IMG/VR virus record: IMGVR_UViG_3300028423_000356
Coordinates: 1 to 64,000 of that record
Origin: a virus
Reading direction: 5' to 3' (one strand)
Length of the DNA stretch: 64,000 nt
This document shows, in pieces, positions 1 through 7,839 of the stretch. Position 1 is the first letter of the stretch; each line of letters opens with the position of its first letter. The notes under the pieces were generated by a model that did not search any database, was not told the origin of the DNA, and saw nothing but the letters and a program-made list of their open reading frames with translations. The position numbers were made by a program, and so were the translations under genes.

Positions 1-16
1 GCTGGATAATATAGAA

Positions 17-250
17 TTAATCACAGATAACTCCTCCTCAATCTGTGATTAAAATGTCACACAATAAACTCCTCCTCATATTGTGTGACACCATATGACA
101 AACAATTTTACTCTCCCTTTGAATTGTTTGTCATAAAATAGGTGAAGATAGAACTCCGTTTTTAATGCTCTCCCTTAACGTTGAGTTCTCTTCATCTCAC
201 AGTGACAGGCATCTTAATATCCTCCCTTGTTAAGATGTCTGTCACTTTTT
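17..250 (+). ncRNA. Putative sRNA: five tandem hairpins with anti-SD (CUCCUCCU/CUCCCU) loops, ending in a U-tract
   Basis: Stems at 17-28/41-52, 55-66/79-90, 94-108/121-135, 141-160/177-196 and 201-217/230-246. Loops contain AACTCCTCCTCA (x2), TACTCTCCCTTT, GCTCTCCCTT and TATCCTCCCTTG. G-U pairs favour the + strand. Confidence 0.7.
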
Positions 251-267
251 ATATAAAGGATTGCGAA

Positions 268-576
268 ATGAAATTTAAAAATATAAATGATGTCCAGATT
301 GAAAATATTAAAAACACTATTAATAGACTCAACCTTGAGGAATTACAATATCTGAAATCATATATAGACTCAACCTTAAAAGATTTTAAAAATAATAAAC
401 AAGACACCATTAATTTAGGTGACACATTAAAGTTTTATGATGAAAATGATAATCTCAAAGTAGGGAAACTCATTAATAGACTCAACCTTCTCTATGTAGT
501 AGAAGATATAATGGGTAGACAATATAAGGTGCACCCTAAAGATACTCAACTTGTTAGAAATGGAAAGAGATACTAA
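268..576 (+). CDS. Hypothetical protein
   Basis: ATG 268 follows AAGGA. The ORF-track start at 181 lies inside the hairpin array. Confidence 0.7.
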   Translation: MKFKNINDVQIENIKNTINRLNLEELQYLKSYIDSTLKDFKNNKQDTINLGDTLKFYDENDNLKVGKLINRLNLLYVVEDIMGRQYKVHPKDTQLVRNGKRY

Positions 577-1040
577 TGGCAAATGTATTATTTCAAATTA
601 AGAATGATGTGACAGAAAGGCATATAATACTCAACCTTATAGCATCTGAATTGAATTCTAATAAGTATGAAACAGGGTTTTATGCTCAACCTTCTAATAA
701 TATAGAAGAGTTCATTAGAATTAACTCAACCTATACGACACCAGATATAAAGATCAACCTTGGTGCAAAAAAGAAATCTAATTCTAATGACTCAACCTTA
801 AAGAAAACTTTAAAAGAATTAGATCAACCTCCTATGGTTGAGTTCTGGTATAAAATACCCTTTAAGTTATTCAAAAAAATTATAACACACGACTTCAAAA
901 CATTCAACCTTAAGATAGGTAGAGAATTATACTATGAAGTATATAATAAAGAAAAAGTAAGATATTTGTCACATAGGTTGCTTAATAATGAACTCAACCT
1001 GGGTCCAAATTTCATACCCAAGTTTAATGGAGTTCAACCT
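328..1040 (+). repeat. Dispersed direct repeat TCAACCT (12 copies), iteron-like
   Basis: Copies at about 329, 370, 482, 631, 686, 726, 754, 792, 824, 904, 994 and 1034, read in all three codon frames. Confidence 0.85.
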
Positions 1041-1139
1041 CAACGTGTATACAAAAGACAATCAGGAAAGAATTATTTTATAGAAACTGGAAGCAACTCT
1101 TACTTAAGAAAAGAACCACAAAAATTCTGTTTTAAGTAA
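576..1139 (+). CDS. Hypothetical protein, paralogue of 22582..23097
   Basis: Shared blocks N(V/I)LF, KYxxGxY, N(I/V)EE(F/Y)xR, VE(F/I)WYKIP and N(L/I)KIGR. Confidence 0.75.
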   Translation: MANVLFQIKNDVTERHIILNLIASELNSNKYETGFYAQPSNNIEEFIRINSTYTTPDIKINLGAKKKSNSNDSTLKKTLKELDQPPMVEFWYKIPFKLFKKIITHDFKTFNLKIGRELYYEVYNKEKVRYLSHRLLNNELNLGPNFIPKFNGVQPQRVYKRQSGKNYFIETGSNSYLRKEPQKFCFK

Positions 1140-1205
1140 TGTCCCTTGTCCTAGGACTAAGGACACCAATGGGGCAAAAACATTAGCACGGACTCCCTTA
1201 TATAT

Positions 1206-1234
1206 AATATATGCTATAAGAAGTCAATAGTCAA
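1206..1234 (-). promoter_or_regulatory. Leftward sigma70-type promoter
   Basis: Minus strand TTGACT (1234-1229)-N17-TATATT (1211-1206), the same consensus as the + strand promoters. Confidence 0.7.
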
Positions 1235-1389
1235 GTGTTTTTCACATTTTTTCTAAAAATTCCTTATGTCCAATAACGATTGATTATCGGACGTGTTACA
1301 TTTTTACAACACAATTATTTTTCACAAATTTATTTTTAACTGCCACATAACTTAATTGGTAGTTATTAATATTTATTTACTCTCACCTA

Positions 1390-1418
1390 TTGACTTTTTA
1401 ACAATTACATACTATATT
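1390..1418 (+). promoter_or_regulatory. Early sigma70-type promoter
   Basis: TTGACT-N17-TATATT. Confidence 0.8.
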
Positions 1419-1449
1419 ATATGTATAGACTATTAAAAGGAGATTTGTA

Positions 1450-2082
1450 ATGTATGAATACGAATCATACCATAACTACATCAGCAGAATGTATAGAGAA
1501 TATGAAGAAGCATCTTCAGTAGAAAATCAAGACTTAAAAATTAATAATGGAGAAACAAATATGAAATATGATAATGATAAAACACAATTTGCACTCATTC
1601 CACCAGAAGCATTAGAAGAAATTGGAAGAGTGTTAACATTCGGTTCTTCTAAGTATGGACCAAATGATTGGAGACACGATGGAGACTGCACAGAATGGTC
1701 AAGAACATATTCATCCATTCAAAGACATTTAAATGCTTTCTGGAGTGGTGAAGACTTAGACCCCGAAACAGGACTTAATCACTTATCACACGCCGCAACA
1801 CAAATCATTATTCTTATGATGCACCAGAAAGATGGTAACACTCATATGGATGATAGATATGTGCCCCTTGAAGTTCCAACAGAAATTACATGTGATAATT
1901 GTGATTGTGTCACACCTTGCTTTACAGAATATTCTCTTGATGATGATTATTCTTATAGTGTTTCAGATGCTGTGGTAAATACTCCAAATGTAACATTGAA
2001 TGAATCTAATCACCATAAACACAATGATATCAGCACCATAGTTGATAATCTTAGAGAATACCTTTATAACAGGGATAGATAA
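1450..2082 (+). CDS. dATP/dGTP diphosphohydrolase domain protein (DUF5664-like)
   Basis: KYDxxK..LIPPEAL..VLTFGxxKYGPNDWR..RHLxAFWxGEDxDPETGLxHLxHA. Confidence 0.85.
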   Translation: MYEYESYHNYISRMYREYEEASSVENQDLKINNGETNMKYDNDKTQFALIPPEALEEIGRVLTFGSSKYGPNDWRHDGDCTEWSRTYSSIQRHLNAFWSGEDLDPETGLNHLSHAATQIIILMMHQKDGNTHMDDRYVPLEVPTEITCDNCDCVTPCFTEYSLDDDYSYSVSDAVVNTPNVTLNESNHHKHNDISTIVDNLREYLYNRDR

Positions 2083-2089
2083 AAACATT

Positions 2090-2122
2090 AGAGTGGCATC
2101 TTAAAAATGTCACTCTTTTATT
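2090..2122 (+). terminator. Putative intrinsic terminator
   Basis: AGAGTGGCAT...ATGTCACTCT followed by TTTATT. Confidence 0.5.
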
Positions 2123-2139
2123 ATGTAAGGAGTGTTAAT

Positions 2140-2289
2140 ATGTATAATACAATTAAATTACCACAATACAAATGGAAATGTGAATTGACTAATAATACTT
2201 TCTGGTATGTGGAAGATGGAAAGCAACCTAATATGTTCCATAGATTTATGCAGAGAATTATATTAGGATTTAAGTGGACTGAAATTTAA
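2140..2289 (+). CDS. Small hypothetical protein
   Basis: AAGGAG RBS before ATG 2140. Confidence 0.6.
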   Translation: MYNTIKLPQYKWKCELTNNTFWYVEDGKQPNMFHRFMQRIILGFKWTEI

Positions 2290-2449
2290 ATATTATATCC
2301 CCCAGCATAGGGACACTAAAGAGTCTTTAAAGTTAATCTTTAAATTATCTTCAAAGCTTTATGTATACTAATAATTATAAGAGTAATGAGCGGATATGGT
2401 AGGGGTAAAATTAAAATAATAGGCGTGTGTCATTAATACAACATAACTC

Positions 2450-2550
2450 TAAGGTGCACTGGAAAGTATTAAAATGTTTACATAGTAAGATTAATAATGG
2501 ATAATAACCTTTAAGGTGCACCATAATAGCAACACCCCCCCTAAGGTGCA
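2450..2550 (+). repeat. TAAGGTGCA x3 in an intergenic region
   Basis: Copies at 2450, 2512 and 2542; a fourth at 525. Confidence 0.7.
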
Positions 2551-2663
2551 ATTAACGAGATGATCCACGGGTTTTCGTTAAATTTTAAAAAACTGAAAAA
2601 ATTCTAAAATTACATCTTAGCACTCATATTTTTTTAAAAAAAATTTATTTTTTATTTTACCCC

Positions 2664-2692
2664 TTGAAATACTCTTATTGGCATACTATATT
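2664..2692 (+). promoter_or_regulatory. Early promoter
   Basis: TTGAAA-N17-TATATT. Confidence 0.7.
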
Positions 2693-2724
2693 GTTAATAA
2701 CAAATATGTATTGGAGACTATATT

Positions 2725-3228
2725 ATGAAAGAAGTATTATACAGTAAAGGTAAAAATGATGAGTGTTATACTCCTGCTTATGGTGTGAAACCTATATTGA
2801 AATATATTCCTAAGGATGCTATTGTATGGTGTCCCTTTGATAAGAAGCATAGTGAATTTGTGAAACAGATTAGTAATACGAATAAAGTTATTAATAGTCA
2901 TATTGATTATGGTCAGGATTTTTTTGAGTATGAACCTGATGAGTGGGATATTATAATAAGTAATCCACCCTTTACTGAAAAGAGAAAATATTTTGAAAGA
3001 GCATTATCGTTTAATAAACCATTTGCTCTTATAATGAGTAATACATGGTTAAATGATTCTGCACCTAAGAAGTTATTTAAGGATAAAGATTTACAACTAT
3101 TAATGTTTGAAAAGAGGATGATATTTGAGACACCTAATAATGAAGTGAATAATAAAATAACATTTTCGAGTAGTTACTACTGTTGGAATTTTTTACCAAA
3201 ACAAATTATAATGGAAAGTTGGATATGA
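2725..3228 (+). CDS. Small amino (m6A/m4C) DNA methyltransferase
   Basis: NDECYTP, WCPFD and IISNPPF motifs. Confidence 0.8.
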   Translation: MKEVLYSKGKNDECYTPAYGVKPILKYIPKDAIVWCPFDKKHSEFVKQISNTNKVINSHIDYGQDFFEYEPDEWDIIISNPPFTEKRKYFERALSFNKPFALIMSNTWLNDSAPKKLFKDKDLQLLMFEKRMIFETPNNEVNNKITFSSSYYCWNFLPKQIIMESWI

Positions 3229-3479
3229 TTTATAAGATAAAGAAAAAGATTAAAAGTTTATTTGATGATACTTCAAGTGAGTGTTTTACACTTGAGAAGA
3301 TGAGAATGAAACTTATTGAAGATGGATATGATGTTGAACCTATTAGTATTAACGATATTGAATGTATGTGGTTGAGAGTGAAGATACCTAATGAAGAAAA
3401 TAAAAGTATTAGAGTAACATTTGAATCATATCATGATGATTATTATATGAGAATGTTAAAAGAGATATATGGAAAGTGA
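3225..3479 (+). CDS. Hypothetical protein
   Basis: ATGA overlap with the upstream gene. Confidence 0.6.
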   Translation: MIYKIKKKIKSLFDDTSSECFTLEKMRMKLIEDGYDVEPISINDIECMWLRVKIPNEENKSIRVTFESYHDDYYMRMLKEIYGK

Positions 3480-3805
3480 AAATGGAAATGTATAATGGAT
3501 TAGTGAGAAAAGCATGTGTTGTGTGTAAAAAGGATTGGATGTGGGATGCGGAAAAAGTTGCGGATGAACCTGTCTGTCCTAATTGTATAAAAATGGAAAC
3601 ACGTTATGCTATCAGTTCTTTCGAAGAGATTTGGGTGAAAGTGTGTTATAGGTTTTTTGAAAGAAATGGGTATTATGATTGGTATGAAGTAGATATGAGA
3701 GATGCGTTTAATGAAATGATGGAAGAAAGTAATGGAAATATAAATCCAATCTGGTTAAAAGAAAGAATTAAAAAATTATATGAGAGTGTTGGAATTTATA
3801 CTTGA
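3476..3805 (+). CDS. Hypothetical Zn-finger protein
   Basis: CVVC...CPNC. Confidence 0.6.
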   Translation: MKMEMYNGLVRKACVVCKKDWMWDAEKVADEPVCPNCIKMETRYAISSFEEIWVKVCYRFFERNGYYDWYEVDMRDAFNEMMEESNGNINPIWLKERIKKLYESVGIYT

Positions 3806-3830
3806 CAAAGTGGATTTGATATACTATATT
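3802..3830 (+). promoter_or_regulatory. Early promoter
   Basis: TTGACA-N17-TATATT. Confidence 0.8.
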
Positions 3831-3844
3831 ATTATAAAGGGAGA

Positions 3845-4126
3845 ATGAATATGAAAGATACATTAACAGTTAGATATTATGCTCGTCCTGATGGTCGTAT
3901 GAGTGAAATTGAAATGAGTAACATCTTTAAAGAAGATGTGGATTTTTTTGTAAAGAATAATATAGTCGTATCAATAGAAGAATTGATGACCGGGGATATT
4001 GTGGTATATGGTTGTCCAAGATATGATGATTCTGAAGAGAGTGAAATTATAGTTTTCTCTGATAATAGAAATTGTCAAGATACTATGAAAAATCTTAGAG
4101 AAAAATGTGAAAAGGAATTTTTATGA
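3845..4126 (+). CDS. Hypothetical protein
   Basis: ORF with RBS downstream of a promoter. Confidence 0.65.
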   Translation: MNMKDTLTVRYYARPDGRMSEIEMSNIFKEDVDFFVKNNIVVSIEELMTGDIVVYGCPRYDDSEESEIIVFSDNRNCQDTMKNLREKCEKEFL

Positions 4127-4347
4127 AAACAATAATTAAAAATACTCCTGTTGATGTGGATGAAGTGAATAGGTTTCGTAAAAGAGGAACTGAAGAAGAA
4201 ATTCCTTTAATGACTGCAAAGTATAATGCTCAAGTGAGTCGTCTTCTTGATGAATTATATGTTATTCGTAATGAGACGGATGATGTGGATGAAAAAGTGG
4301 ATATGTTGATTGAAATTATGATTCGTGGCATCGAATTTAAAGATTAA
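4123..4347 (+). CDS. Hypothetical protein
   Basis: ATGA overlap. Confidence 0.6.
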   Translation: MKTIIKNTPVDVDEVNRFRKRGTEEEIPLMTAKYNAQVSRLLDELYVIRNETDDVDEKVDMLIEIMIRGIEFKD

Positions 4348-4365
4348 TAGAATGGAGATTATATT

Positions 4366-4518
4366 ATGTATTTTGATGATGAAATTATAGAAGATTTTGC
4401 ACGCATTATTGCAGCAGAAAAAATGGGATTAATAAAAGATAAAAAAGGTAAAAATTTACCTTATGAACTATGGAGTCAGTGTATTCCAGATGCTCGTAAT
4501 TTTTTAGGAATGGATTAA
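4366..4518 (+). CDS. Small hypothetical protein (50 aa, not in ORF track)
   Basis: GGAG RBS; MYFDDEIIEDFARII... Confidence 0.6.
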   Translation: MYFDDEIIEDFARIIAAEKMGLIKDKKGKNLPYELWSQCIPDARNFLGMD

Positions 4519-4520
4519 TT

Positions 4521-4658
4521 ATGGTAGATATTTTGATATGGGCTTTATTGTTATACCTAATTATAAAGGGTATCGAAATCATCGTTGATAATATCATATA
4601 CTTTACTGTAATTGCAGTAATAACAATAATAATACTAGGTGAAAAGGGAATATTATGA
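4521..4658 (+). CDS. Small membrane protein (not in ORF track)
   Basis: MVDILIWALLLYLII... is hydrophobic and its stop overlaps the next ATG. Confidence 0.5.
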   Translation: MVDILIWALLLYLIIKGIEIIVDNIIYFTVIAVITIIILGEKGIL

Positions 4659-5050
4659 ATAAGTTATTAGAAAATATAGAAGCAAAGATGACAGAGAACA
4701 GATATGTTTTCCCAAGTCCTCTTGAAGAAATAAGTTATACTGAAACATATAGTAATCAAGGTCCTATTGATATTAGTTTAAATACACTAAGAGAAATGCG
4801 CATTGAAGTTCGTATTGGTGCTTATCAAATGATTGAAGAAAAGTATATCGGAACTACTACTGGTGAATTTATTATGCAAGAGTTGAAGGAAAAAATGGGG
4901 TATGCTATTGCTGAACACATTTATGGTGATATAAGAAGAAAGTTAATAGAATTGGAATATACCACTCGTCGTGAGGGTATAAGACACAATTCAGATACTT
5001 TAAAGATTATAGATGAATTACATAAGATGGTGACATATGGTAGATACTAA
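4655..5050 (+). CDS. Hypothetical protein
   Basis: ORF in a tightly packed operon. Confidence 0.65.
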   Translation: MNKLLENIEAKMTENRYVFPSPLEEISYTETYSNQGPIDISLNTLREMRIEVRIGAYQMIEEKYIGTTTGEFIMQELKEKMGYAIAEHIYGDIRRKLIELEYTTRREGIRHNSDTLKIIDELHKMVTYGRY

Positions 5051-5074
5051 TATTTACATGTGAAAGGAAATATT

Positions 5075-5257
5075 ATGGATATAGGTAAAGCGATTGATGG
5101 TTTATTCAAAGGATTTGTGTTTGCGTTAATATCAACACTCATTCTCGCACTTTATATTTTATGGGTAACATTTTTTGAATCAAATCCTTGGGATGTTTGT
5201 GGTAAAATGAAAACAGACAGTGCAAAAGTCCAATGTATGGAGACACACTATGATTAA
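5075..5257 (+). CDS. Small membrane protein
   Basis: One transmembrane segment; AGGA RBS. Confidence 0.55.
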   Translation: MDIGKAIDGLFKGFVFALISTLILALYILWVTFFESNPWDVCGKMKTDSAKVQCMETHYD

Positions 5258-5525
5258 TGAAATAAATGTAGACGATTTTACTTATGATGTGAAAATTGTA
5301 AGTGATAAAGATAATATTAAATTTTCTTATAAAGATAAAGATGATGAATGGTATACTTTAGAGGTAACTTACACACCTGAACTTGTTAGAGATTTAAAAT
5401 CAGTGCATGGAATAAATGTTGAAGAAGAACTTATTAGCATTTTGAAAGAAAATATGAAACTTGAAATAAGTAAAAAGTATGATGGTGAATATTGGAATAA
5501 AAACAAAGGAATTTGGAATGATTAA
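5250..5525 (+). CDS. Small protein with a gp23 major-capsid-like segment
   Basis: YTPELVRDLKSVHGINVEEELISIL..EI resembles the gp23 motif YxxELAQDLxAxHGxDAxxELxxIL..EI. Confidence 0.6.
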   Translation: MINEINVDDFTYDVKIVSDKDNIKFSYKDKDDEWYTLEVTYTPELVRDLKSVHGINVEEELISILKENMKLEISKKYDGEYWNKNKGIWND

Positions 5526-5928
5526 AAAATTTATTAATAGGTTAACCAAATGTGAATGTTTGGAAGAAATGAAAAAAACACCATATGGTGAAATTAAAAT
5601 GAATAATGGTATGCTTAGTTTTATTTTTAATATTATGTGGAGTTATGAACATAGTTTGAGACAAACAGGAAGAACAACAAGACTGTGTAATGAAGCAAAG
5701 AAAAATGGTGGTGTAGTTGTTTGTCACAATCAGGGTATGGTTAAATACATACAAGATATCTATAATATAAAAGCAGTTAACTTGGATACCTATTTGAATC
5801 CAGATTATCATAGAGGTAGAGTTAAACACATTAAATATTATTTTGATAGTCCTGCTGAACAAGAGTTAATAAAAAGAAAATTGTGTGAAGTGAAAGAGAT
5901 AATGGAAGGAAATGTATATGTTAGATAA
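5518..5928 (+). CDS. Hypothetical protein with a degenerate P-loop-like motif
   Basis: RQTGRTT followed by a hydrophobic strand (VVVC). Confidence 0.55.
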   Translation: MIKKFINRLTKCECLEEMKKTPYGEIKMNNGMLSFIFNIMWSYEHSLRQTGRTTRLCNEAKKNGGVVVCHNQGMVKYIQDIYNIKAVNLDTYLNPDYHRGRVKHIKYYFDSPAEQELIKRKLCEVKEIMEGNVYVR

Positions 5929-6112
5929 AGATATTTTTTTAGATTTATTAGATATTGAAGATAGTGTCCTTGTATTGGATAATGATATGTGTTTTATAAA
6001 TTATAACTTTGATGAAGATGGTGAATGTGAATCTAAATCATTTTATTACAGTCCAAAAGATATACTATTAATTTTAGGTGAAGAATACAAAATTAAAATG
6101 AAGGATGTATAA
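5912..6112 (+). CDS. Hypothetical protein
   Basis: ORF in an operon. Confidence 0.55.
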   Translation: MYMLDKDIFLDLLDIEDSVLVLDNDMCFINYNFDEDGECESKSFYYSPKDILLILGEEYKIKMKDV

Positions 6113-6279
6113 TGATGGGATTGAATATAATACTTGTTCCTGAAGGATATATAATAGAAAATGAAATAAATGGTGTTCTACACACTGTTTAAAAAGGTAA
6201 CATCGTTCAACCAAATCATAAAGATTTATATATGGTGAAAGAAGATTATGAAATCTTAAGGAAAGAATATGGAATTTAA
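6112..6279 (+). pseudogene. Small ORF with an in-frame TAA at 6190
   Basis: The frame stays open after the stop and ends overlapping the C5 methyltransferase start. Confidence 0.4.
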
Positions 6280-7255
6280 TTTTATAGATTTGTGTGCGGG
6301 AATAGGTGGGTTTCGTATTGGTATGGAATCTATTGGTGGTAAATGTATTTTATCTGCTGACATCGATAAAAAAGTATCTGAAATGTATCATGATGTTCAT
6401 AATATAAGTGAAGATGAAGAATACATTTCAGATTTATTTGACATACCTTTAGATGGTGATTATAATATAGATGTGATTTGTGCTGGGTTTCCCTGTCAAC
6501 CATTTTCTTCTGCTGGATTAAAAAGAGGATTTGAAGATCCTCGTGGAAATGTTTTCTTTGGTATTATGAACCTGGTTAAAGCATATGAACCAAAGGTAGT
6601 ATTTCTAGAGAATGTAAAACCATTAATTAATCATGATAATGGTAACACTATGAATACAATTGTGAGTAATCTTGAAAATGAAGGATATTATGTATCTTAT
6701 AAAATACTTAACAATAATAACTTTGGTTTACCCCAAAATAGAGAAAGAGTATTCATAGTTGCATCCAAAAATAAGAAGTTTTATTTTAATAAATTGGGTT
6801 ATAACAAAACTGAACCATTAAAATCAATTCTTTTAGATGAAGAAAGAAAATATATAGATGAAAATGATTATTCAATAAAACCAAAACACTTATGGGGAAA
6901 AAATGTTAAATCGGGATTAAGATATGTTGGTCATGTGAAATTAAATAGAAAAAATCTTAGAAAGGGTTTTACAGATCCCTTAAAAACTGGTGGACACAGT
7001 GAAAATTCGAGAATATATCATATTAATGGTAATATTCATACTGCAACTGCATCTACAAAAACTTATTATGTATATGATGAAAAGGGTGTTTTCTTATTAA
7101 CACCAGAAGATATGTTAGTTTGTCAAGGATTTAAAAGAAATTTTCTTGATGGTGTTGGTAGTTGGAATTCAAAAATGAAAGCAATTGGTAATTCAGTGTG
7201 TCCAGTTATTACTACTGAAATATCAAAGGAAATGAGAAACCAAAACATATTATAA
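6269..7255 (+). CDS. DNA (cytosine-5) methyltransferase
   Basis: DLCAGIGG, GFPCQPFS, ENV, QNRER and IGNSV motifs. Confidence 0.95.
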   Translation: MEFNFIDLCAGIGGFRIGMESIGGKCILSADIDKKVSEMYHDVHNISEDEEYISDLFDIPLDGDYNIDVICAGFPCQPFSSAGLKRGFEDPRGNVFFGIMNLVKAYEPKVVFLENVKPLINHDNGNTMNTIVSNLENEGYYVSYKILNNNNFGLPQNRERVFIVASKNKKFYFNKLGYNKTEPLKSILLDEERKYIDENDYSIKPKHLWGKNVKSGLRYVGHVKLNRKNLRKGFTDPLKTGGHSENSRIYHINGNIHTATASTKTYYVYDEKGVFLLTPEDMLVCQGFKRNFLDGVGSWNSKMKAIGNSVCPVITTEISKEMRNQNIL

Positions 7256-7272
7256 TTATTATGGAGATTGAT

Positions 7273-7644
7273 ATGGAACAAGTGAATATAGAGAAAGAAA
7301 TTGAAATTAAAGAAAGTAATGCTAAAAAATTAGCACAACAATACGCCCAAGAAAGAAAGAGACTTAAAGAAGAACTTTCAGAATTACAAACAGAAGTGGA
7401 AGATTTAACACCCACAACACCAACTGGAACAATAGATTGGTATGTTAAATGGGTAAGTATGTTTCTTGCTGTTGCAGGTGTTTTTCTTATCAGTTCTAAT
7501 ATGGTGTTCTATGGACAGTTGTCTTATGTTTTGAGTTCAATTGGATGGATATTTGTTGGTGCCACTTGGGGTGATAGAGCAATTATGGTGGGTTCGAGTA
7601 TAAGTGGAACCGCAGTTATGATGAATTTAGTTCAGAGTTTATAA
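7273..7644 (+). CDS. Membrane protein (coiled coil plus about 3 TM segments)
   Basis: Hydrophobic C-terminal half; GGAG before ATG 7273. Confidence 0.65.
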   Translation: MEQVNIEKEIEIKESNAKKLAQQYAQERKRLKEELSELQTEVEDLTPTTPTGTIDWYVKWVSMFLAVAGVFLISSNMVFYGQLSYVLSSIGWIFVGATWGDRAIMVGSSISGTAVMMNLVQSL

Positions 7645-7660
7645 AAAATAGGATACACTA

Positions 7661-7689
7661 TTGACTTTCACCAAGACTGATACTATATT
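7661..7689 (+). promoter_or_regulatory. Early promoter
   Basis: TTGACT-N17-TATATT. Confidence 0.8.
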
Positions 7690-7765
7690 ATAGAGTAAGG
7701 GTAGCGGCAACTACCTTGATTGGGGACTACCATTAGATTGTCTTTGCCGAGATAACAATAGAGTA

Positions 7766-7839
7766 GATTGCTTTGTCTAGTTGGATAGGACACCCAGCGG
7801 AATGGTTGGGAGACACAGGTTCGAGTCCTGTAGCAACGT
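7766..7839 (+). tRNA. tRNA-like element (pseudo-tRNA, anticodon undetermined)
   Basis: D arm GTCT/GGAC; T arm ACAGG-TTCGAGT-CCTGT; anticodon stem CCCAG/TTGGG with an 8-nt loop; only 5 of 7 acceptor pairs; no CCA. Confidence 0.55.

Noticed and set aside
17-250. CRISPR array or CsrA/RsmA sponge (GGA loops on the minus strand)
   Set aside because: The stems differ and only the loops repeat, which is the opposite of CRISPR. G-U pairs and the terminal U-tract favour the + strand. The sponge reading is disfavoured but not excluded.
181-267. N-terminal extension of the first ORF from TTG 181
   Set aside because: It overlaps hairpins 4-5, and ATG 268 has an RBS.
6190-6192. Stop-codon reassignment
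   Set aside because: This is a single TAA in a tiny ORF; all core genes are intact under code 11.
7766-7839. Functional tRNA with an assignable anticodon
   Set aside because: The loop is 8 nt and lacks U33, and the acceptor stem is incomplete.
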